Shown in pieces: positions 34,571-45,900 of a stretch of 64,000 nucleotides of DNA (position 1 is its first letter; every line of letters begins with the position of its first letter). The notes under the pieces are model-generated. The model had not been told where the DNA came from and searched no databases. It saw nothing but the letters and a program-made list of their open reading frames with translations. Origin of the DNA: Picochlorum sp. SENEW3 (lineage: Eukaryota); assembly GCA_034226945.1 (NCBI GenBank), contig CP120454.1, positions 1,302,001-1,366,000 on the forward strand. The letters are read 5' to 3'. A program made the position numbers and the translations under genes.

Positions 34571-35064
34571 GTCTGTTCACTATGCCACCTTTCTATGAGG
34601 GTATTTCCTTTGTCATCCACGTGTTCTTCTGTAATTAGTTAATTTACAATCTGATTGAAAGATCAGTGGATCATAACCATGCTAGTTTGTGCGTGTTGAC
34701 CCGAGTTCGACAGGGACAGCTCCTGAGTTGGACATGGGACGTTCGATGTCCCGAGTGTGACCATGCCACGTCGACAGGTACAGTAAATAAATTTACAATT
34801 GAAAATAGGCACCATCATGGGGGTGGTAGGATGTCGAGGTGGCATATCGCGCATCTGGAGTACCGGTATCGTCGTTGGTAGTGGACATACTATTTCGGGA
34901 GTATTCCCGAAATACTGTGTCTATTCCAATCCAGATAGAACAGGAGATGGGAGTCCATCGCCATCGACAATCAGGGTCGAAGAAATATTTTGTATTTGTT
35001 TCGATATCATCATCATCAAGAGAGGAAAAAGACGGTATCGTCGAAAGAGGAGAGATACGAGCAA

Positions 35065-35406
35065 ATGGTGAGAGTACTGCGTGTCGTCGCGACAGGAAGT
35101 GCGCCTCCTGCTGGAGCACAAGTGCGCGTGATCAAGCCAGTTCAGGTGTATCATGTTGGTAAATTTAAGGATGGGTTGAATTTGGAGGGGCGAGTGGGGA
35201 CCGTGGTGCAGGATGTCTCGTCGTATGAGGGCAAGGTGTTGTCTGCTACACTGCCTTACAAGGTGGAGTTTTCTGTGGATGGGGAGGGTGATAAGCCTGT
35301 CAAGGTGCTGGCTCATGTAGAAGCAGATGAGATTGAGCTTGCGGATCCTCTGGAGCAGTTCTGCGAGGAGGATCCTTCAGCTGATGAATGTAGAGTGTAC
35401 GAGTGA
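35065..35406 (+). CDS. Ferredoxin-thioredoxin reductase variable subunit with a C-terminal CP12-like tail
   Basis: GAQVRV...VQVYHV...LEGRVGTV...YEGKVLSATLPYKVEF...AHVEADEIEL matches the FTR variable chain; it continues directly into DPLEQFCEEDPSADECRVYE*. First in-frame ATG is 35065; the true 5' end is uncertain. Confidence 0.85.
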   Translation: MVRVLRVVATGSAPPAGAQVRVIKPVQVYHVGKFKDGLNLEGRVGTVVQDVSSYEGKVLSATLPYKVEFSVDGEGDKPVKVLAHVEADEIELADPLEQFCEEDPSADECRVYE

Positions 35407-35550
35407 TTGATTCTCTCCAAAATGTTCCATTATTGTTCTTGTACATGGTCGCATAGTTTTCGTAGAAGATATTTAAGAAATATTACTGATTTATGAAAAC
35501 AATCAATAAAAACGCATCAATGAAATGATCAAAATTCTTTGGTTGGTATG

Positions 35551-38334
35551 TTATTGGTAGGAGACATGATGAGATGCCTTTTCAGGGTGCGCCAGTTGGC
35601 TCTGGCGTTTGTATTCTTTCTGTGCCCTCATGACGGCAAGCACATCGTAGACTCTCCATGCATGTTCTGGATCGCTGTTGCAGCTTGCTTCAAGGTAAGC
35701 AAGGGCAAGATAACTTAGCTTTGGCTGCTTTTTGCTTGTTGTTGCTTCCCCTGTGCCACTATAGAGTCGAGGGTGCTGTTTGAGAGGGATCTGGGGTGAA
35801 CTTGAAAAGGTTGTGACTCGCGAGCTCGCTGCCTTCCAATCATCAAAGACGGTTAGCGCCCGTTTGAGGTTTTTATCTCGGCAGTACCCTTCTATGAGAG
35901 CTTCAAACATTCGTCTGTGTCCTAGAGTTGCTCGCTCAAGACTCTTGGTTTTTCGACGGAGTTGAAGATAGTATTTCCATGATTGCTGCATGAGTCTCTG
36001 AGATGCGTGGACGTGAGCGAGAGAGGCCAGTGCTGCTCCATTTGGCTCATGTGCTCTTTTAGGGAGAGGAGAACGCCCTGTGCCATTGGATCCTCTCCAA
36101 GCCATGGCCATCATTCGATCATACACTTCAACGGCATCGTCAACATTCTGCGCAGAGCATAGACATTCGATGAGGGCAGATCCTGACGGTCCGTCCAACT
36201 CAATATTGTTTGAACGCAATGCTCTGTACATGCCGAGAGCCTCCACCACATCTCCTGCCATGGCACATTGCTTCAAGACTTCGAGACGAGTACTCCGAGA
36301 TGGCTGCATATTCATCGCTTGCATGAGGCTGATCATTCTGTATGCACGTGTTGGGGACTCCACGGACAAGGCTCTTGTCAAAGAATTCATGGCATGCTGC
36401 TGAATGTTGGAATTCTTCCGTGCCATGGATTTCACCAGGTCCAGTGCTTCGTCCAATTTTCCACACCGTGTGCATACAGATATGAGTATATTATGCATCT
36501 GATCGGAAGGCGTCACTCCCTCGGTGCATGCTTTCTGATACAATGTGAATGCCTTGGCAACATCTCCTTGCTTCTCGCAGGCAACCAAGAGGCAACCATA
36601 TGTCACATCTGTCAATGGCACATGTCGCGTATTCATTTCATTCGCCAGACTGAATGCAAGCATGAGCGATTTTTGGTCCCCATGCCTGACAGCGGCATGT
36701 ATGAAACTCGTGTACAAGATGGAATTTGGAGCAATGTTGGAGTCTGCCAGACTGTCAAAAATCTTCTTTGCTGCATCTGCATTACCCACAGTGGCAAATG
36801 TGTGAAGAAGGGAGCCAAACGTCCTCTCTGTTGCCTGAATATTGTTCGACGTCATCTCCCAGTACAAGTCAAGAGCTGCATCCACATTTTTGGAGCATCC
36901 AGTGATGTGGAGCATTGTGTTGTACGTCACAATATCTGGGAAAGGACCATTAGACTTCATCGACTCGAATATCAAAGATGCAATATCCAACTGCTTGTGT
37001 TCGCCTAAAAAGTGCAGAAATGCATTATATGCTGCTAGAGAATCCCGCTCTACATGTTTTGGCATTCGTTTTGGATCTTGGTCAAGGTACCAGGAACTAA
37101 ATTCATCAAAAGCATCAAATGCCATATTATACAATGCCTCCGAGGAGGATTCTTTAGCACACGCTGAAAAGAGAGACGAAAAAAAGTGCGGTGACAACAG
37201 AATCTCGTCCTGCCGTGCGGCATCCCACACATCGACAGCCCTATCGGGCATATCCTGCCTTGCCAAAAACGTCATGAAGGATGTGTACGTGACATCATTC
37301 AAAGCCCCCTGGCTTCGAGAGTTCTGCAACAACTCAAAAACGACGTCAATTTGGTCTCTAGATGATGTCGTATGTGACATGGCTGAGAAAAAGCTCGACA
37401 GAATATAGTCATTTGGTTGAAGATGCATGCCTGTATACACCTCGATCAGCCAATCTGCCGAGGCTGCTGCTCTACAGTTTGCAGCTGCGCTAAAAACAGC
37501 AGTATACGTCCACGACGTCGGCTTCAACCCTGAAGACTTGATATCCTCATACAGCTTTTTGACATACTCAAAATCATTTCGAGCACCCGTAACTTTAATC
37601 ATAGCATTGTATGTGACTATATCTGGTTTGACTACATGGGACTTCTTCACCAGGTTCCATACATATTCTGCACCACCCCAATCCTGCGACCTTTCACACG
37701 CACTAATGGCGGCATTATAGAGCTCTATTCTATCACATGAAGGATCTTGAAGCGCCGTGTGGAGCTGGGCAAGAGCCGCAACAGGCTGCTTTGCAACCCC
37801 TAGGGCAGAAATTCTGGCTGAATGAGAGTATACATCCGGCCGATACCCCGCCTTTTCGCGCTCATAGAGCACTTTATCTAACATTTTCACATCCCCGCGA
37901 GTCAGACATTCCTTCAGAATAATGGAGAAATGCTTTGGACTCTGTTTCGTCAACGAGCAAATAATTGCCAAACCTTTCTCTGGAGTACCTCGAGCATAGC
38001 ACGTGTTCACCACCTTTTTCAATAATTTCGAGTCCAGCGTGATATTGTAACGATATTTTTCATGATTTAATAAATAAATACATGTATCAATATCCCCAAA
38101 CGCAGCCGCTTGCTCCAGTTGGCTCTGCACGTCAGATACCTCAGAGGACGTTGTCCTCATCATCTCGTCATCCTGTGGCACAGCGACCCGGCACACTAAC
38201 ACATTGTCCCTTTTATCCGCTCGAAAAGATTTTCTCAGAGTGCCAGAGGCGCATGTACCAAGATACTGAGGAAAGCTCTGTCGTCGTTGAAACACAGGTG
38301 CGCATCCACGACAATGAGCGCTTACAGCACTCAT
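35551..38334 (-). CDS. P-type pentatricopeptide repeat protein, probably plastid-targeted
   Basis: Many 35-aa repeats (PDIVTYNAMIK, PTSWTYTAVF, TFGSLLHTF, VTYGCLLVAC); transit-like N-terminus from ATG 38334. Confidence 0.9.
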   Translation of the reverse strand: MSAVSAHCRGCAPVFQRRQSFPQYLGTCASGTLRKSFRADKRDNVLVCRVAVPQDDEMMRTTSSEVSDVQSQLEQAAAFGDIDTCIYLLNHEKYRYNITLDSKLLKKVVNTCYARGTPEKGLAIICSLTKQSPKHFSIILKECLTRGDVKMLDKVLYEREKAGYRPDVYSHSARISALGVAKQPVAALAQLHTALQDPSCDRIELYNAAISACERSQDWGGAEYVWNLVKKSHVVKPDIVTYNAMIKVTGARNDFEYVKKLYEDIKSSGLKPTSWTYTAVFSAAANCRAAASADWLIEVYTGMHLQPNDYILSSFFSAMSHTTSSRDQIDVVFELLQNSRSQGALNDVTYTSFMTFLARQDMPDRAVDVWDAARQDEILLSPHFFSSLFSACAKESSSEALYNMAFDAFDEFSSWYLDQDPKRMPKHVERDSLAAYNAFLHFLGEHKQLDIASLIFESMKSNGPFPDIVTYNTMLHITGCSKNVDAALDLYWEMTSNNIQATERTFGSLLHTFATVGNADAAKKIFDSLADSNIAPNSILYTSFIHAAVRHGDQKSLMLAFSLANEMNTRHVPLTDVTYGCLLVACEKQGDVAKAFTLYQKACTEGVTPSDQMHNILISVCTRCGKLDEALDLVKSMARKNSNIQQHAMNSLTRALSVESPTRAYRMISLMQAMNMQPSRSTRLEVLKQCAMAGDVVEALGMYRALRSNNIELDGPSGSALIECLCSAQNVDDAVEVYDRMMAMAWRGSNGTGRSPLPKRAHEPNGAALASLAHVHASQRLMQQSWKYYLQLRRKTKSLERATLGHRRMFEALIEGYCRDKNLKRALTVFDDWKAASSRVTTFSSSPQIPLKQHPRLYSGTGEATTSKKQPKLSYLALAYLEASCNSDPEHAWRVYDVLAVMRAQKEYKRQSQLAHPEKASHHVSYQ

Positions 38335-38517
38335 GTGAGTCAAATTTGCTTTCTTAACAAACAAAAATATGTAATTAATGACCGTGGATGCCACTATACA
38401 CAATTCACATGAGCGTCATGGTTGCAATAAAATGGTTTCAGCAGATGACATTGTCGTGAACACCACAATTCAAACAACAGGGTGCTCATGCCAGAGCAAA
38501 ACCATTAAATAGTTTCC

Positions 38518-40128
38518 ATGGTGACAGAAATCACAGAAGACTCGCTGTTCGGTGTCCTTGGGGGCGCATTGGGCGTCGAACCCGACCAACCAGACTATCG
38601 GATGCATGTGTTGAAAAAGGCTTGTGAAGCATTGCTGCTCCAAAATGATACTGACGATGCCGATGATGATATATATGATGCAATTATGAGATCAGAGGAT
38701 GATATGGATGATGATTCTGTGGGATATGAGCCAGTGGAAATGCTGGTGCCATCCAAACCACCTGTGAATACCAGCATGCTGGCTGATGATTGTCATGACG
38801 GGACTGCTGCAGTAGAATGGCTTATTCATCCAAAGCAGGTGGACTCATTCATGGAAAATAACGAAATGAAACCTCTGTTCATATCACGGGTGAAATATAG
38901 GAGCATGTATTCTGGTTTGTTTGACTCTGGGGGCATTGTGGAGGCTCTGAAAAGGAAAAGGCTTCGATATGGCCTAGACATTGACGTCACTCGAGTCGAT
39001 GACGGTGTCCGAAAAAATTTCAACTACAATAAGCATGAAGAGTATGCAGAGAAGCATGATGTCGCGGATGCCAAAGTCGCTCTGAGACGTTTCACCCATG
39101 ACAAGTGTTCTCTCAGAGTGCTGCACCCTCAACGGTTTACAGAGCCACTGTGGCATTTGATGTACATGCTAGAATCCTACTGGGGATCTTGTGTCGGCTG
39201 CAATGTGTATTGGACACCAAAGCATTCCCAAGGGTTTGCACCACACTTTGATGATATAGATGCATATATCTTGCAAATTCAGGGTACAAAACGATGGAGA
39301 TTGTTCAATAGTGTGGACACACAGACGGTTTTACCGCGGTACTCATCACGGGATTTCCATAAAAGTGAGTTGGGTGCTCCTGTATTTGATCAGGTGATCG
39401 AACCTGGTGATTTGCTATACTTACCACGTGGTTGCATTCATGAAGCAGAATGCTTGGATGAAGATTCATTGCATTTGACAATCTCCACAAACCAAAGGAA
39501 CAGTATATTTGAATTTTGCAATGTTTTGCTTCCATCAGAAATAGAAATACAAGCAATGTCAAACATACGGATCAGACGGACGCTTCCGCCAGGATTTGTC
39601 CATCATGCCAACTCGTTAGCAGGTGACAGCACACAAGGCATCAACATTCAAACAGAAATCTCCGATATCATTCAGCAAATCACACGCCAGGCTGATATAG
39701 CGTCGGGAGTTGATCGATGGTTTATGAATTTCATGCTGCACCGCTTGCCTCCTCCTACACAAGCAAAGATCCCACCAGAGAGCTGCAGCAATAGCAAGTT
39801 GAAGAAAAAATCATCTGTTGGTCTAACGTATTACGATTCTGCATACCCAATTCTGGACTCGAGAGAAGAACAGGATACATTATTTATATGCCACTGTCTC
39901 TCCAACCCGAGAGAACAGCATCAGACAGGTGAAGGACGAGAAGATGAAGAATGCTCTGTGCCTCCCCAGCTGGAATTGCCAGTCAGTTGTCTGGAGACAG
40001 CCGTGTCGCTGTTGAACCAGGAACCAATAAATTTGAGCGACGTTCCTGAGACACATGATTACTCGATTACGAAATTACAAGTAGCTCAAGCTTTAGTCGA
40101 TGCTGGAATCCTAACAGTCTACTCATAA
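38518..40128 (+). CDS. JmjC ribosomal oxygenase, NO66/MINA (RIOX) family
   Basis: CSLRVLHPQ, GCNVYWTP, QGFAPHFDDID, GDLLYLPRGCIHEA and SLHLTIS motifs. Confidence 0.9.
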   Translation: MVTEITEDSLFGVLGGALGVEPDQPDYRMHVLKKACEALLLQNDTDDADDDIYDAIMRSEDDMDDDSVGYEPVEMLVPSKPPVNTSMLADDCHDGTAAVEWLIHPKQVDSFMENNEMKPLFISRVKYRSMYSGLFDSGGIVEALKRKRLRYGLDIDVTRVDDGVRKNFNYNKHEEYAEKHDVADAKVALRRFTHDKCSLRVLHPQRFTEPLWHLMYMLESYWGSCVGCNVYWTPKHSQGFAPHFDDIDAYILQIQGTKRWRLFNSVDTQTVLPRYSSRDFHKSELGAPVFDQVIEPGDLLYLPRGCIHEAECLDEDSLHLTISTNQRNSIFEFCNVLLPSEIEIQAMSNIRIRRTLPPGFVHHANSLAGDSTQGINIQTEISDIIQQITRQADIASGVDRWFMNFMLHRLPPPTQAKIPPESCSNSKLKKKSSVGLTYYDSAYPILDSREEQDTLFICHCLSNPREQHQTGEGREDEECSVPPQLELPVSCLETAVSLLNQEPINLSDVPETHDYSITKLQVAQALVDAGILTVYS

Positions 40129-40257
40129 TCATGACTGGACAATGCTTTTTCTTCCAACCCAACATTTGGATCATGGCAATCCATCTTCTAGTGTGATTGA
40201 AGATCCAACAATCGAGGAATCAAATGGTAAGAGATCAAAGATGGAGGAGCCTGTCAT

Positions 40258-40482
40258 ATGTCTGATTTTACATCATGGGAGCCTGGGACGATGACACGGT
40301 TGCTGGTGTTGGAGTGCTGTCAAGACCCTGGGAATCTGGGGACATTGTTGAGGAGTGCAGTTGCCTTTGGCTTTGACGGGGTCTTCCTGCTTCCTGGGTG
40401 CGCTGATCCTTTCAATGATAAGAGTATACGGGCAAGTAGGGGAGGCCCATCGCGAGATATCTTGGGAAGGTCGTATCCATAA
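40258..40482 (+). pseudogene. Truncated SpoU/TrmH (SPOUT) RNA methyltransferase fragment
   Basis: LLVLECCQDPGNLGTLLRSAVAFGFDGVFLLPGCADPFNDKSIRASRG is SpoU motif 1. A stop follows 12 codons later, and I see no SAM-binding motifs 2 or 3 before the next gene. Confidence 0.7.
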
Positions 40483-40866
40483 TTGCAATATCCATTCTAT
40501 ACACCCATCCATGTCAATAGAGATATAAATTGTTTAATTTTACGACTATAAGACTTAAGTGGACATTTAAGTCGATATTCAACCAAAAGTACGAGTTTTT
40601 ACAGATTGGCTCGAGTGTCGGCAGAGGACCAAGTTGCACACAAGTTTTTTGCCTAATTACTCCAGATCGTCATTAGGTACGACTCTAAAGGAAATTTAAA
40701 TATCTTTGAACTCGATAAATCCCTATTTCCTGGCATAATCGCTTTTGTCTGAATGGACATGCCAGTTCATGTTCTCACTCGGTTGTCTCTCGTTTGTGTC
40801 TATAGGTCGCGCTGAAGCGTTAATTTTCATATTTAGATAATACTTTTTCATTTCGTCCTTCTAAGA

Positions 40867-42682
40867 ATGAACTGTGGAAGGGCATTTATCAAAGAGGGTG
40901 GCGTCCCAACGAGTGCTTTGAGCAGAGGCAGGCGATTGACGCTAGATAGTCATAGGAAGGATGGATACAGCCAAAAATTGCAATATAAATTCCTGCATCG
41001 GGGCATTGGTGGGCTGGGCAGGCCTTTGAGACGCAGGTCTGTTGACACAAACTTGACGCCGGCATACGACCCAAGTGTCCAAGATGGGCAGGACTCTGGT
41101 TCACAGGAAGGGTCAGATGTGCAGCCGATTGCGCCACGATGGATGGGAGTTGTTCCTGATGTTCCTTTCACGGGAGATGATCAGGGTAGCACGATTTACT
41201 CTGCCCTGGCAAACCTGCACGTGTTGGGGTCCTTTGATGAGTCTCAGTTTGAGGCTGAGACATATGTTCGAGAGGCGACGGGCAAGTCTGAGGATAAAAA
41301 ATCGGAGACTGTGCCAGAAGTAAGCAGTGCTGCTGTGGAAGAGCCGACGCCTGTTGAACCACAGGGAGGTATTCCACATCGATGGCAGATTGTCCTCATG
41401 ATGGCCCTGGCATTTGTCCTCTGCAATATGGATAAGGTCAACATGTCTGTCGCAGTGATTCCCATGGCAAAAGAGTTAGGTTGGTCTGCGACAGAGAGGG
41501 GTTTGGTCTCCTCCTCCTTCTTCTGGGGATACTCATTGACCCAGATTCCAGCTGGATGGGTGTCAACATCCATTGGAGGATCCAAAGTGCTGATGGCAGG
41601 AGTTGCACTATGGTCGATTGGAACTTTAGTGGCGCCTCCAGCTGCAAACATGAGTCTGTTTGCGCTGTGTGCGACTCGTGTCTTTGTTGGTCTTGGGGAG
41701 GGTCTTGCTCCATCATCAGCCACAAATGTATTAGCTCGCGTCATTCCAGAGTGCGTTGTCATATTATTGTGCTTCAATTTTTGATCTTCTCGTAACTGTT
41801 TATTGTATGTGTAGGGGGGAGAGAGCCCGAGCAGTCACCGCAGTGTTTGGTGGATTAGATGTGGGAAGTGCTTTGGGGCTGACACTTTGTGGACCATTGA
41901 TCCATTGGTTTGGCTGGCAATCGGTTTTTTATCTATTTGCCGTTCTCGGCCTAGTGTGGTGCCTTGCATGGCCTCTAGTCAAGCCTGAAACTAGGGAGCC
42001 AGGGGAAGTAAAGCCAGCCCAAAAGGCCCCCAAAGCCCCAACAAATGTTCCTTGGAGAAAATTTTTACGTTCGCCCCCAGTGTGGGCAGTGATTGTAGCA
42101 CATTTTTGCTACAATTGGGGATATTATACTCTTTTAGCATGGCTTCCATCATACTTTGAGATGGCCCTGGGACTTAACGTAGAGAAGAGTTCCCTTCTGA
42201 CATTGATTCCATACATTGCAATGACATTCATGACTCCATTCGTTGGCCCAGTCGCAGACGGTCTTGCAGCTAGAGGATGGTCTGTGACCACAGTTAGAAA
42301 ACTCTCACAGGGTATAGCTTTTGCAGGACCGGCGTTATGTATGCTGGCCATGTCCATTTTGACTCCAGCAGCACCGGGAGGAGGAAACACAATTTTGCTC
42401 GTCTCAATCATGTCCCTAGCGTTTGCTCTTGGTGCATGGGCGAGAGCCGGACTTTATTGCAATCATCAAGACTTGTCTCCAAAGTATGCTGCTGCGCTTT
42501 TAGGATTAACAAACACAGCTGGAGCACTCCCTGGTGTCCTTGGTGTCACAGCTGCAGGGTACCTTCTTGATGCCACTGGCTCCTGGTCGTATGCATTATT
42601 TTATCCAACGATCTTATGTCAGGTATTTGGGCTGGTAATCTATAGCATTTTCGCGAGCAGCGAGAGACAAGGATGGGATTGA
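40867..42682 (+). CDS. Plastid anion/phosphate transporter, PHT4/ANTR (SLC17, MFS) family
   Basis: AFVLCNMDKVNMSVA, SSFFWGY, NWGYYTLLAWLPSYF and GLYCNHQDLSPKYA motifs; intron 41751-41814 joins the two ORFs. Confidence 0.92.
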
Positions 42683-42971
42683 AATGACATGGCTTGTTTT
42701 GCATGAAAGAATACAAAACGGTATCTAGCGATGCTACCGATGGATGTAGATTAATAACAATAACTTATTGAGATGGAGAGAACATAGTATCAATTGATAT
42801 TTTGTAACTGCGTTACTATTACAAATGACACGTCGTTGCATGGAAGGAACAGATTCCTTCATGCAACTCTGATGCCATGATTCATCTTCTTCCCTTGGAC
42901 AACTCCGTTGTCATGGCAATATACAATTCATTTCTAAATATAAATAAGGTAGTATTATTCTGGTTTGTACG

Positions 42972-45900
42972 ATGCAGAATAATATCGGTAGAGATCTAGG
43001 AGGAAGAAGCATGGTTCAACGAGACGGTCTTGGCGAAGAGTATGGGCCCATGTCCGTCTCCGGCTCGCTTCCTCGATGCTTTCAGAACGTATTCAATTTT
43101 AGATATTTCAATTCTGTTCAATCAGAATGCTTTGATGTGCTGTATCACTCGCGCAAGAATACCATGGTGTCGTCACCGACTGGCTCGGGAAAGGTACGAG
43201 ATGCACGGCTAATGATGATCATGATGCATGGGAACTACCAGAGTATTCAATCTATCTGTAGACAAGTTTGTTCGAGCTAGCCATACTGGGGATGCTGAGG
43301 GATTATGTGATGGTTCATGGAAATGGGCAGGAGGAGTTCCAAGGAGCTATGGGTCAGAGCAAGGCGATCTACATTGCTCCGACAAGGTCCTTGGTTCAGG
43401 AGAAGGCTAGAGAGTGGAGGGAAAGATTTGGAACAAGCTTGCATCTTCGGGTAGAGGAGTTCACGGGTGATGTCGATAATGGCAAGGATGCATTGCAAGA
43501 ATCTGATATAATTTGCATCACACCCGAGAGGTTTGATTCGATGACGAGGAGAGATAAACATGGGGGCATGGGTTTCTTTTCTCAGGTTAAATTAGTACTG
43601 CTCGATGAAATTCATTTGTTGAGCGACTCTCGCGGCTCCTGTTTGGAAGCTGGTGTTGTGTCTCGTCTCAAGATGGCACAGCAGAATATGGTTAGAGAGC
43701 AGCATGAATATGCAAACGACGTGCATTTTCGATTTATTGCATGTTCAGCTACGTTTTCGAATTTAGAAGACGTGGCAGAGTGGCTTCGTGTTCCTGAGGA
43801 GGCAATTTTCAAGTTTGGAAATGAGATGCGACCAGTGCCACTGCAGATTGTGGTCAAAGGCTACCAGAGCTCTAAAAATGATTTTCTGTTCGACAGATAT
43901 CTTACAGGTCAGGTCTATGATCTTGTTTCCAAGTTTTCGAATGGAAAACCAGTGCTTTGCTTCTGTCCTTCTAGACAGGGCAGTGTGAATACTGCAACAT
44001 CACTCAGAAGGCAGTCAACAGACCACCAGGGCAGAAGTTTATTTGTCACGAGTCCGGAACAGCAGTCCTTTCTAGACGAACAAGCCCGGTCGATTAGAAA
44101 TAGTACATTACGAGAATGTGTTCGATCTGGATTAGGATTCCATCATGGAGCGTTGGAGCCAGGTGACAGGGCAAAGGTGGAGGAGCTCTTCTCTGCAAAG
44201 ATGCTTCGCGTGGTGAGTACAACATCAACGTTGGCTGTTGGTGTGAACTTGCCAGCTTATCTTGTGATTATTAAGGGAACTAAGAGATATGGAGGAGCTG
44301 GTCATGGGTATGTCCAGTACGACTACTCGCAAATCTTGCAAATGATTGGACGAGCTGGAAGAGTGAATTTTGACACAGAGGGTGCAGCAGTCATCATGAC
44401 GGAGAAAAAGGTATGAGAAAATGTGTGCTCATCTTTTGATATACCCACATGTATTGTTTATTACCTTTCAATGATGCATGCAGTATGAGAATGATTTGCT
44501 CAAGGTGTCTTCCCTTTCAGAAACAATAGAGTCCCGCCTTCATGAGAATATTGCCGAGTATTTGAATGCTGAAATTGCAAATAGGACAATTCGTGATATT
44601 CCTGGCGCTCTGGATTGGTTGAAATCAACCTTTTTATACATAAGAGCGCTGAAGAATCCAACGCATTATCACATTCCTGCTGCAACATTGGCATCAACAT
44701 TGGAGATGGACAAATGGCTGAGGACCCATGTGTTGCTGTCCCATGCAAACAAGCTCGTAAAGAGCGGCATGGCCTATACTGATGAGGAGGAATACACATT
44801 GTGCCCTAGTCAATCTGGTATCATCATGGCAGAGCATTATATGAGGCTTTCAACCATGTCTGCAATTTGCAAACTCAAATCATCCTCGAGCATGGAAGAT
44901 TTGATGTGGGTTATTGCCAACAGTGATGAGCTCTCTCCTACTATCGTCCGAAGGAATGAAAAGAAGGTGTTGAATGCCATCAATAAGTCAGGTATGCTGC
45001 GTTACACTGTGAAAGACTTGAGAAAGTCGCCAGCAAAAATATTGGATAGAGTTCAGCTCCCCAGCCAGAAGAATTTTCTTCTCATGATGCACGCCCTCTC
45101 CTCCAAAGCCAGAAAGGAATATACCATCGAATACTCTTTGAAACAAGAAGGAGATTCCATCATATCAGTGGGCTTGCGTATAATACGATGTATGGTACGA
45201 TATTTTGGCCATGTTGCAAATCAGCCAAAAGCACTTGCAGATGCACTGCTTTTGCAAAAGGTTTTGACCCAGCGTATGTGGCCAGATGATCCGATGCTGC
45301 TGACTCAAGTTCAGACAATTGGTGATATTATAGCAAACCGATTGATAGCATCAAATGTCCGAACAATGAGGCAGATGATTGGCACAGATCCAAGGGAATT
45401 GGAAAATTTTGCCCAGAAGAATTATCCATGGGGCTCAAATGTCAGAAATTTGGTGTTGCGGATCTGTCCTCCGCCCATCAGCATTCAAATCGTGCTCGAA
45501 CCAGATCCTTCGCAAGAATCGAAGCTTTCATGCAATGTACAAATCTCCTGCACGGATGAATGCAATGATGCCCAAAAGTCTCTCAGCCGAAACTGCTCTC
45601 TGGTCATATTCACACAAAATGGTTCAGCAATGCTGTGTTATAGAAATCTTCAATACTCGGCATTCTCTAAAGGAGGACTCTCTGTTCAAATAGACCAAGA
45701 ATTGATCCAAAATTCTCAGGATCGAATCATAGTCAAAGTGATTGATGGTGCCATCGTTGGATCAGATGTACGTACTCGTAATCATGCATGAAGATTCTGT
45801 CTACATCCATCACAAGCACGACTATGTATTGCAGGTGACCGCATCCACAGATATTACTCCATCCAAGACCACATCAGACCATCTGAATCATCCAACCCCA

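Noticed and set aside
26265..40639. GACCAAGTTGCAC present at 26265 and 40627
   Set aside because: Repeated 13-mers are expected by chance in 64 kb and the flanks are unrelated.
42680..42780. Selenocysteine read-through of the PHT4 TGA
   Set aside because: The protein ends at an expected position and no SECIS geometry is evident.
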